Source: an uncultured Desulfarculus sp. (lineage in GTDB: Bacteria > Desulfobacterota > Desulfarculia > Desulfarculales > Desulfarculaceae). Taken from it: a stretch of DNA of 64,000 bases. The number at the start of each line of letters is the position of its first letter. Position 1 is the first letter of the stretch. Made by a program: the position numbers and the translations under genes. Positions 9,632 to 17,515 of this stretch are shown piece after piece. Below the pieces are notes generated by a model, which searched no databases, was not told the origin of the DNA, and saw only the letters and a list, made by a program, of their open reading frames with translations. The stretch lies in the NCBI GenBank assembly GCA_963665125.2, contig CAXXUK010000001.1, positions 352,001 through 416,000 of the forward strand, in the 5' to 3' direction.

Positions 9632-10438
9632 ATGAAAAAGAGCATGCTTATTCTGGCCATGGCCTTGGCCGTTGTAATGGCGGTGGGCAGCGCGGCCTTG
9701 GCCCATTTTCAAATGGTGTATACGCCCGATGCATTCATGGACAAAGGCGGCGAGATTCCCTTGAAGCTGGTGTTTACCCATCCCTTCGAGGCGGGCCACA
9801 CCATGGACATGGGCCAGCCCCAGGCGTTTTATGTGGTTCACAAAGGTCAAAAGACCGACCTGCTTAAAACCATTAAACCAATTGAGTGGAAGAGCCTGAC
9901 CAACTCCGGCAAGGCCTTTGAGGCCAGCTACAAGATGCGCGGTATGGGCGACTGGGTGTTTGTCCTGGTGCCCGAGCCCTATTTCGAGTCTGAAGAAGAT
10001 TGCTACATCCAGCAGATCACCAAGATGGTGGTCAATGTGGCCGGCCTGCCCACCGACTGGGACGCCGAGTTGGGTCTGCCCGCCGAGATCGTCGCCCTGG
10101 ATAAGCCCTACGCCCTGTGGACCGGAAACGTCTTCCGCGGCGTGGTCAAGTCCAACGGAAAGCCGGTTCCCTTCACCGATGTCGAGGTGGAGTTCCTGAA
10201 CCATCCGCCAGTGCCCGGTAAAAATGAATTCCAGAAAAAGGCCTTGGCCGAGGCTCCCCAGGACGCTTTCGTGACCATGACCATAAAGACCGACGCCAAT
10301 GGTGAATTCGCCTTTGGCATTCCCAAGGCCGGCTGGTGGGGTTTCGCCGCCCTGGGCGTGGGCCCGGACGACAAATACAAGGGCAAGGAAAATTCCCAGG
10401 ACGCGGTTATCTGGGTCCACGCGGTGGATATGAAGTAA
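9632..10438 (+). CDS. DUF4198 (NikK-like) periplasmic protein
   Basis: Signal peptide ALA|HFQM; VFTHPF, EPYFE..EDCYIQQITK, GLPAEIV, KTDANGEF..PKAGWWGFAAL. Confidence 0.82.
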   Translation: MKKSMLILAMALAVVMAVGSAALAHFQMVYTPDAFMDKGGEIPLKLVFTHPFEAGHTMDMGQPQAFYVVHKGQKTDLLKTIKPIEWKSLTNSGKAFEASYKMRGMGDWVFVLVPEPYFESEEDCYIQQITKMVVNVAGLPTDWDAELGLPAEIVALDKPYALWTGNVFRGVVKSNGKPVPFTDVEVEFLNHPPVPGKNEFQKKALAEAPQDAFVTMTIKTDANGEFAFGIPKAGWWGFAALGVGPDDKYKGKENSQDAVIWVHAVDMK

Positions 10439-10544
10439 CAACCGTAGTGCGGCGGTTTCAGGGGGAGGGGGGAGGGAAACCGCCGCGCTACAACCTAGAC
10501 CGGCCCAGCCGGATAGACAACATGAAAGGAAAAGGGTTAGCGAA

Positions 10545-11783
10545 GTGATAAAAAGACTGAAACAAATGGCATGTCTCGCTTTGGCCATGTTGATGCTTGC
10601 GCCGGGCATGTCCTTTGCCGCCGACGCTGACATGCAGGCGGTGCTGGACGAACTCAAGGCCCTCAGGGACAGGGTCAATTACCTCGAAAACAAACTCAGC
10701 GAATATAAGGACTCGGCCGACCAGGCCTCCCAGGCGGCCATGGAGGCCAGGGCGACCAGTTCCAAGTCTCTGAAGATGTCCCAGGAAGTAGCCAGGACCA
10801 AAGGCGGTCAGATCGAGGGACTGTTGACCGAGGCCGGCAAGCGCCTCAAGATCTACGGCGCCGTGGAGTTGGAAGGCTCCTACTCCAATTACAAGCCCAA
10901 GAGCGGCGATTCGGTTTCCGACAGCAACTTCACCATGGCCACGGCCGAGATATTCTTCGACGCCACCATCAACAAGTACACCAAGGGCTTGCTCCATTTG
11001 CTGTATGAGGATGAAGGCGATGCCATAAACGTCGACGAAGCCTTTATCCTGCTGGGCCAGACCGATGATATTCCGGCCTACTTCATGGGCGGTAAAATCT
11101 ATCCGGCCATCGCCTTGTTCGAGACCTACATGGTCAGCGACCCCATCACCCAGAACCTGTTCGAGACCCAGGCCACTGCCGCCGAGATCGGCTGGGCCCA
11201 GGACTGGTTCAATATCGGCGCGGGTATCTTCAACGCCGGTATTCATGAGTCCGGCGACGCGCCGGACAACAACATCAACACATTCTATGTCAGGGCCCAG
11301 TTCGACGCTCCCGAGGGCGCCTTGGGCGAGGACGTGGACCTCAACTTCGGCGTGGCCTACATCAACAACATCGCCGCGGGCAACCTGGGTGACGAAGTCG
11401 TGGCCGGGGAGCTTCAGGAGATCGTCGGCGGCTGGTCGGCCATGATCAGCGCCCAGTACAAGATGATCGCCTTTACCGCTGAATACATGACGGCCGCCGA
11501 TGATTTCAAGGCGGGCGAACTCAGCTTTGACGGCGGTAAAAAGGCCCGTCCCACTGCCTATAACTTTGAACTGGCCTGCATGCCCATCGACGCCTGGACC
11601 ATTGCGGTGCGTTACGAGGGCAGCGAGGACACCGGCGACTTTGAGCCGGACAACCAGTACGGCCTGACCGTTGCCTGGGATTTCCTGCCCGACACGACTC
11701 TGAGCCTGGAATACCTGCACGGCAGCTATGAAAACGACGATGACCGCGACCTGTTCACCACACAATTGGCCGTGGGCTTCTAA
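10545..11783 (+). CDS. LbtU-family outer-membrane porin
   Basis: Signal peptide, N-terminal coiled coil, GAVELE, LLYED..VDEAFI, SDPIT..LFET, C-terminal TTQLAVGF. Confidence 0.75.
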   Translation: MIKRLKQMACLALAMLMLAPGMSFAADADMQAVLDELKALRDRVNYLENKLSEYKDSADQASQAAMEARATSSKSLKMSQEVARTKGGQIEGLLTEAGKRLKIYGAVELEGSYSNYKPKSGDSVSDSNFTMATAEIFFDATINKYTKGLLHLLYEDEGDAINVDEAFILLGQTDDIPAYFMGGKIYPAIALFETYMVSDPITQNLFETQATAAEIGWAQDWFNIGAGIFNAGIHESGDAPDNNINTFYVRAQFDAPEGALGEDVDLNFGVAYINNIAAGNLGDEVVAGELQEIVGGWSAMISAQYKMIAFTAEYMTAADDFKAGELSFDGGKKARPTAYNFELACMPIDAWTIAVRYEGSEDTGDFEPDNQYGLTVAWDFLPDTTLSLEYLHGSYENDDDRDLFTTQLAVGF

Positions 11784-11905
11784 AACGCCTCTCGCAGATG
11801 GCGTCCGGGCCTAATGCTACCTCAGGGCCTGGATGCCGTCTGCAATATTTGAATGTTTACCAGGGGTGTATGCCAAGCCTCAGAAAGAGTCGGGGGGGGA
11901 TGACT

Positions 11906-12775
11906 ATGAATAAGCGAAAAAATAAAATGCTAAAGGTTGTACGTTGGGCTGTAATTACCGTGTTTGCAGCAGCTTTCTTGATGCCTGTAGTCGTCCATGC
12001 CCATTCAATATTTATTCAGTCCAGCCGGTATAATGTGGATCTGGGCAAATCGTCACCATTGTTTTTTTGTTACGGTCACCGCGTACCGGTAGATGACGGG
12101 GTTCGTGGCAGTAAGTTGAAGTCGGTTGCGGTCCATACTCCGGCGGATGGCGTCAAAGCCATAAAAGTACGTAATGAAATTTCTTTACAGTCTTATATGG
12201 TCATATATGACCAGCCTGGCACCTATGTATTGACGGCTGAAACAAATCCTGGGTTTTATACTGTTTATATCGATAAAAAAGGGCGTGAGCGCCATACAAT
12301 TAAACCGATGCAGGCGGTGAAGGAAGATGCCGCTGAGATCAAGAAGAGTTTTTTCAGCGAGCAATACACCAAGACTTATGTCGTTTGTGATGAGGCGTCG
12401 TTGAAATTCCCGGCAATGGTAGGACTCGATGTGGAGCTAGTTCCTTTATCGGATATTACAAAGTTAAAAAAAGGCGACACTTTAAAACTCCAAGTATACC
12501 ATAATGGCAAGCCATATCTTGGTGAAGGGCAATGGGATGCAACATACAACGGCTATTCGACCCAGCCCGAAGATATGTTTATTCAAAAGCGAAAAATGAG
12601 CAACGGTTTGATTTTCATGCCGATCGAGAAAACAGGGAGATGGTTTTTACGATTTTCCATAAATACGCCTGCACCCGAGGATGAAAAAGATCGCTATCTT
12701 CAAAAAAAACAAACGAGTACAATAGTTTTTGAAATTGCCAATGATAAAATGAGACCAATGGTCAAAGGGCATTAA
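11906..12775 (+). CDS. Second DUF4198-like periplasmic protein
   Basis: Signal peptide VHA|HSIFI; YGH, PGTY, QYTKTYV, GLDVELVP, GKPY, GRWF. AT-rich codon usage. Confidence 0.72.
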   Translation: MNKRKNKMLKVVRWAVITVFAAAFLMPVVVHAHSIFIQSSRYNVDLGKSSPLFFCYGHRVPVDDGVRGSKLKSVAVHTPADGVKAIKVRNEISLQSYMVIYDQPGTYVLTAETNPGFYTVYIDKKGRERHTIKPMQAVKEDAAEIKKSFFSEQYTKTYVVCDEASLKFPAMVGLDVELVPLSDITKLKKGDTLKLQVYHNGKPYLGEGQWDATYNGYSTQPEDMFIQKRKMSNGLIFMPIEKTGRWFLRFSINTPAPEDEKDRYLQKKQTSTIVFEIANDKMRPMVKGH

Positions 12776-12821
12776 TGTACAGAGCTGCAGCAGTTTTGAA
12801 GGGGCTAGATGGCTGAAAACC

Positions 12822-13784
12822 ATGGCTAATTTTTGGGTAAAAATTAGTATCAGATCTCGTTTGGCTCTGATCTTTTTATTATTAGTTATTTGTCCGGCAA
12901 TTGTTTTATTAGTGATGGAGCCGGAGAGCAAACGTGAAATTTCGACGTATGTAGGAGTGTATTTGGCTGTTGCTATCAGCTTGGGTTATCCGTTGATGGG
13001 GTTGTTTAGTAATTTCCTGGTCGTTAATGATTTAAGACAAATAAATGATATTTGCCGTGACTTGCGTATGGGGACAGCCGTAAAGGTTGCAGACTTGCCA
13101 AATGAAACCGATGATGAGCATGAATTGTTGGAGTTGAAAAGAAACATAAATTTTGTGATTCATGCAGTGTCGGGCAGGGAACAACATCTCATGAGGCACC
13201 TCAGTGAAAGCGTCGAAAAAAGCAGCAGGCTGTTGGAGTTGTCGGTGCGCGATCCATTGAGCGGGTTGTACAACCGGAGGTATTTTGATGAAAAAATAAT
13301 CCAATGCGCTAATGAGGCGGGTAACTTGAGTCTCCCAACCTATTTAATGCTGATGGATGTGGATAATTTCAAACACATAAATGACGCGTTCGGGCACCAG
13401 GAAGGTGATAGGGTAATCAGGGATATCGGATGTATAATTATGCATTCAACCAGGGTTGAGCAAGACGTGCCGTTTAGATACGGCGGTGATGAGTTTGGGC
13501 TGATATTGTCAAATGTTGATTTGCCTATTGTTGTCGATGTGGCCAGGAGGATCACGGATGGATATTTGGTGAAATGGGCAATGGGCAAGACTTCCCTGAG
13601 CATAGGAATAGCGAAGTTTGAAAATTGCGGACTCGAAAATGAGGCGGCGGCGAATCATTGGATACGGTCGGCGGATAAGGCCGTTTATATCGCTAAAAAC
13701 AAGGGTGGAAATTGTATAATCTTAAACGATTGTGGGGAAATAAAAACCGTATCAGATTTATGTCATATAAGGGGGGTGGGGTAA
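12822..13784 (+). CDS. Membrane-anchored diguanylate cyclase
   Basis: Two N-terminal TM helices, HAMP-like linker, DPLSGLYNRRY, DVDNFKHIND.FGH..GD, RYGGDEF. Confidence 0.9.
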   Translation: MANFWVKISIRSRLALIFLLLVICPAIVLLVMEPESKREISTYVGVYLAVAISLGYPLMGLFSNFLVVNDLRQINDICRDLRMGTAVKVADLPNETDDEHELLELKRNINFVIHAVSGREQHLMRHLSESVEKSSRLLELSVRDPLSGLYNRRYFDEKIIQCANEAGNLSLPTYLMLMDVDNFKHINDAFGHQEGDRVIRDIGCIIMHSTRVEQDVPFRYGGDEFGLILSNVDLPIVVDVARRITDGYLVKWAMGKTSLSIGIAKFENCGLENEAAANHWIRSADKAVYIAKNKGGNCIILNDCGEIKTVSDLCHIRGVG

Positions 13785-13794
13785 AAAAATTTTC

Positions 13795-13835
13795 TTGCTA
13801 AGTTAGCGTAATCGAATATAATAATAAAAATCTAA
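13795..13835 (+). promoter_or_regulatory. Putative flavodoxin promoter with TTAG-N6-CGAA site in the spacer
   Basis: TTGCTA (13795-13800)-16 bp-TATAAT (13817-13822); TTAG-CGTAAT-CGAA at 13803-13816. Confidence 0.55.
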
Positions 13836-13871
13836 TAAGATAATATTACTCATATGGAATGGAGCTAGGAA

Positions 13872-14318
13872 ATGGCAAATGCGTTGGTTATGTTTGGGTC
13901 AACCACGGGGAATACAGAGTCAGTAGCTCAAATGGTTGCTCCCGTTCTGGCGGAAAATGGGTTTAAGGCGCAGATAAAGGATGTTGCGCGGGCCGAACCT
14001 GACGATTTTGGAGGGCGCTATGACCTTATCGTCTTTGGATGCTCCACTTGGGGCGACGATGAAATAGAGTTGCAGGAAGACTTTGCGGAATTTTTTGAAA
14101 ATATTGATCAATATGATTTTTCCGGCAAAAAAGTAGCTGTCTTCGGTTGCGGCGATAGCACTTATGAACACTTTTGCGGTGCTGTGGATGCAATTGAAGA
14201 AAAGATAAAAGCGCTTGGTGCTGAACTGATTATAAGCGGATTAAAGATTGATGGAGACCCTGATGATTATAAAGCGGAAGTAGTCGAATGGGCTGAAAAT
14301 GTTGCTTCTTCCATATAA
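13872..14318 (+). CDS. fld: Short-chain flavodoxin
   Basis: GSTTGNTE, GCSTWG, FGCGDSTYEHFCGAVD. Confidence 0.95.
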   Translation: MANALVMFGSTTGNTESVAQMVAPVLAENGFKAQIKDVARAEPDDFGGRYDLIVFGCSTWGDDEIELQEDFAEFFENIDQYDFSGKKVAVFGCGDSTYEHFCGAVDAIEEKIKALGAELIISGLKIDGDPDDYKAEVVEWAENVASSI

Positions 14319-14353
14319 CCAATTATTACACAAGTCAACAGAGGCAAGGCGCA

Positions 14354-14653
14354 ATGTGTAGGGCAAAAAAAATAATCAACTTGCATCGGGATGGAATGCA
14401 ATATTGTCAATCTGGCGATTTCGATCAGGCGGTAGCGAAATTGCATCTCGCTTTGGATGAGACGCGAAAAATAGGCCTGGAATGCTACCAAGTAAAAATA
14501 TTGAACAACCTGGGTATTGTTTTTGAATTGAAGGGCGACAGCAACCAAGCCAGGGAACATTACGCACAGGCCCATGGGCTGGCCGTGGCAAAGGTAGGCC
14601 GCGAGGCCAAGCTGAGCCGGATAGTTGGCGGCAATTTGGCTCGGGTGGCATAG
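14354..14653 (+). CDS. Small tetratricopeptide-repeat protein
   Basis: GDFDQAV..L..AL and ILNNLGIVF...GD...A..HY..A TPR patterns. Confidence 0.7.
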   Translation: MCRAKKIINLHRDGMQYCQSGDFDQAVAKLHLALDETRKIGLECYQVKILNNLGIVFELKGDSNQAREHYAQAHGLAVAKVGREAKLSRIVGGNLARVA

Positions 14654-14718
14654 GCCTCGATTGGATCCAACGACCTGTAAATAATACTAATTAACCAATG
14701 ATATCGGGGAGGATGGCG

Positions 14719-14889
14719 ATGCCGATCTATTACTATGTATGTCAACGTTGCAGCCACGGCGAGAACTGTGTGACTGGTGTTGACGACCATCAGGTTAAAT
14801 GCGGTCATTGCGGACAACCCATGCGCCGTACAATGGGAATGTCCAGGCTGCTTGATCATTACAAACGTGGTTTGCCGCAAGATAAATAA
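14719..14889 (+). CDS. FmdB-like zinc-ribbon protein
   Basis: GGAGG then MPIYYYVCQRC...KCGHCG..MRR. Confidence 0.75.
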   Translation: MPIYYYVCQRCSHGENCVTGVDDHQVKCGHCGQPMRRTMGMSRLLDHYKRGLPQDK

Positions 14890-15051
14890 GACGTTTAATA
14901 AACTTGGTTTATCGTTTTGGGCGTCGATTAAGCTGCAAAATAAATCCCATTTATTGAGTCGGACCCGTGCTGAAAATTGGAGTTGATATCTGCAAAGAAA
15001 AAGGCGGATTTGAATTGACGTAAAATCTCATCATGCCTGGCCCGAATAGTA

Positions 15052-15080
15052 TTGACAAGGCCGAAAACCTTTTATAAATT
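15052..15080 (+). promoter_or_regulatory. sigma70 promoter for the riboswitch 1 leader
   Basis: TTGACA-17 bp-TAAATT immediately before the aptamer. Confidence 0.55.
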
Positions 15081-15092
15081 CAGACAACATAA

Positions 15093-15262
15093 TTTCGACG
15101 GATGCCCATGAGGCTTAATAGGGAAGCCGGTGAAAAACCGGCGCGGTCCCGCCGCTGTAATCGGTGACGAAAGCCGCACGCAAGCCACTGCCGACCAATG
15201 AGGACGGTGGGAAGGCGCGGCAAGTAGGATGAGCTGAGAGCCAGAAGACCTGTCCGACGAAA
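15093..15262 (+). ncRNA. Cobalamin riboswitch 1
   Basis: AATAGGGAAGCCGGTGAAAAACCGGCGCGGTCCCGCCGCTGTAA...GCCACTG...GGGAAGG...GAGCCAGAAGACCTG (B12 box). Confidence 0.95.
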
Positions 15263-15322
15263 ACCCTGGTGCGCACGTGGAAATGCGTGAAAGGGGTGTA
15301 GCTGGAGCAAAGAAACAGGGTG

Positions 15323-15368
15323 CGCTCCGAGACTGCATTTATATGCAATCTCGGAGCGTTTTGTTTTT
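15323..15368 (+). terminator. Attenuator hairpin of riboswitch 1
   Basis: CGCTCCGAGA(c)TGCAT-tt-ATATGCAATCTCGGAGCG followed by TTTTGTTTTT. Confidence 0.75.
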
Positions 15369-15434
15369 ATAGGCTACGGCAACCCGCGTGCGCACCTTTT
15401 TGCAGCTTTAAGGAGAGGAAAAAAGGAGCGATAC

Positions 15435-17438
15435 GTGAGAAGAACAACAATTGCGCTAATCAGCCTATGCATTACGCTGGCCTTGGCCGCCGCGCCGGCA
15501 TGGGCGCGGGTAGACAAATCAGATGACGCCATAGCGTCCGAAAACACGTCTGCGGTCAAGGAAGAAGCCAAACAAAAAGCCACCATCGACAGCATCAACG
15601 TGACAGCAAAACGCTACCAGGCCGAAGACCTCGATACCGGAGCCTCTACCAACGTAATCACCGCCGAGCAGATGGAGCAGATGGGCGGCGACAACGCCTA
15701 CGAAGTTCTGCAACGCACCGAGGGCATCAACTTCTCATCATCATTGCCGGGTGGCATCACTCAGGGCGGCATGAACGGAGAGATCGGCATTCGCGGCATC
15801 AAGGGCGGCGAGCAGATCATGATGAACGGCATCCCTCTCATCGAGCCAACCGCCGGTTCCTATGACATCGACCAGATTCCGGCTTCGTTCCTGGAGCGCA
15901 TCGAAGTAGTCAAGGGCTCCAACTCCGCCCTGTACGGTTCCCGGGCCATGACCGGTGTAATCAATATGCGTACAAGGCGGCCGGGCGATCCCGCGATCGG
16001 CGGTTCTGTGACCGCGGGCAGCAATGCCTATTGGGAGGGCAACGCCTCATATCGCAATGACATGATTTTTATTGGGGCAAATTATGTGCAGTACGATGAC
16101 CTGAGCGACGTCAAAAAATACTACAGCACAAGAAGCCCCCGTTCCATGAATATGGAAGCTCCCAAAAAGGTCTCCACGCTGGTCTCGGTGCAGCCCTGGG
16201 AGCCTCTAGTGTTCAGTTACATGTTCAACCACACCGAAGTGGGATACAGCAACGACTATTACACCAAACCCACCAGTAACGACAAAGTGGACGAGACCGT
16301 ATATCACCACTATCTCTCGGCAATCTACGAAAAGGACACTCTGAAAGCCACGGCGTTTTTCAACTACAACTACATGGAACTCGTTTACGACTACTACGGC
16401 AACACGGCAAAACCGGGTAAAACAAACGAGAAGAAGAGTTTCACCACCGGCTTGGATTTGCAGGATTCCACACAGGCTTGGGGCACGATGTTCCTCTATG
16501 GCGGCACCTACATTTTCGAGCAGCAGGATGAAACCCGCCAGGATGTCTATGGCTCCACCTCAAGCGGTTATTATGTGAAAGAGGCGGTTCTGGACCATAC
16601 CCGGCACCTGCCATCCATCTTTTTCCAAGCTGAAAAAACTTTCTGGGACAGCCTGATTCTGACCCTGGGCATCCGCGGCCAAGGCGTATTGAACACCGAA
16701 GAAGGCTCGGACGACTACTTCGAGCCGGTCCCCCAGTTCCAGGCCGTTTACAAGGTCACCGGCCAGCAGTCCATCTATGCCAACGTCGGCCGCGCTTTCA
16801 GGGTTCCCACCTTCAACCAACTCTATTCCGAGACCGCCACCTTTGTCGGCAACCCGGAACTGGAACCGGAATACGGCTGGACCTACGAAATCGGCTACAA
16901 GTTCGAGGCGGGTATTTTCAGCGGTGCGGTCAGCGCCTTCCTGATGAACTACACGGACAAGATCCGCTATGTCATGGACACCACCGACGACCGCTACTAC
17001 GCCCGGAACATGGACAAATACCAAACGTCGGGCGTGGAATGGAAATTCGCCTTGCAGGTTCATGACTACGTCAACCTGACCTTTGGCGGATTCGGCGCCG
17101 ACCCCTGGGAGGAAGAGGACGGCGTAGAACAACAGGCCGGCCCCAAATGGCAGATGGTCCCCGGTGTTTATTTTGACAACGGTCCGCTGAAGCTGGGCCT
17201 CAACGCCACGATTTTGCTCGAGCGCGAGCAGAACCTAGAAGACTTCTGCAGCGTGAATATGACCGGATCATATCAGGTCAATGACTGGCTTAAGCTCAAG
17301 GTCAAGGCCAACAACCTGTTGGACAGAGACCTGGTAGTCTACGGCAACATGACCCCCGGATATTCCAGCCCCTATGAGGTGCTTGATGCCGGTTTGTGGA
17401 TCTACGGCGGCGTGGAAGTCGACTTCAGTCTCCTGTAG
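15435..17438 (+). CDS. TonB-dependent receptor, B12-regulated (BtuB-like)
   Basis: Signal peptide, INVTA TonB-box-like segment, IRG, ERIEVVKGSNSALYGSRAMTGVIN, NPELEPE, NNLLD; downstream of a cobalamin riboswitch. Confidence 0.88.
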   Translation: MRRTTIALISLCITLALAAAPAWARVDKSDDAIASENTSAVKEEAKQKATIDSINVTAKRYQAEDLDTGASTNVITAEQMEQMGGDNAYEVLQRTEGINFSSSLPGGITQGGMNGEIGIRGIKGGEQIMMNGIPLIEPTAGSYDIDQIPASFLERIEVVKGSNSALYGSRAMTGVINMRTRRPGDPAIGGSVTAGSNAYWEGNASYRNDMIFIGANYVQYDDLSDVKKYYSTRSPRSMNMEAPKKVSTLVSVQPWEPLVFSYMFNHTEVGYSNDYYTKPTSNDKVDETVYHHYLSAIYEKDTLKATAFFNYNYMELVYDYYGNTAKPGKTNEKKSFTTGLDLQDSTQAWGTMFLYGGTYIFEQQDETRQDVYGSTSSGYYVKEAVLDHTRHLPSIFFQAEKTFWDSLILTLGIRGQGVLNTEEGSDDYFEPVPQFQAVYKVTGQQSIYANVGRAFRVPTFNQLYSETATFVGNPELEPEYGWTYEIGYKFEAGIFSGAVSAFLMNYTDKIRYVMDTTDDRYYARNMDKYQTSGVEWKFALQVHDYVNLTFGGFGADPWEEEDGVEQQAGPKWQMVPGVYFDNGPLKLGLNATILLEREQNLEDFCSVNMTGSYQVNDWLKLKVKANNLLDRDLVVYGNMTPGYSSPYEVLDAGLWIYGGVEVDFSLL

Positions 17439-17464
17439 GGCTTAAAACCCCTTATTCTCACCTG

Positions 17465-17503
17465 GCGGGGGAGTCTTGAAACAAAGGCTCCCCCGCAACT
17501 TTT
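17465..17503. terminator. Terminator between convergent operons
   Basis: GCGGGGGAGTCT-tgaaacaa-AGGCTCCCCCGC hairpin. Confidence 0.65.
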
Positions 17504-17515
17504 ACGGATGAGGGA

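Noticed and set aside
7943..11765. Long minus-strand ORFs (454, 363 and 425 aa) opposite feoB, DUF4198 and the porin
   Set aside because: Antisense shadows of GC3-rich genes; no motifs or ribosome sites. The same applies to 35946-36932, 41070-42542, 51243-52520, 52390-53418 and 53591-54658.
13838..13852. Fur-box-like AGATAATATTACTCA before flavodoxin
   Set aside because: Only 10 of 14 positions match a 7-1-7 Fur consensus in AT-rich DNA, and I saw no equivalent at the feoA promoters; kept only as an alternative to the TTAG-N6-CTAA model.
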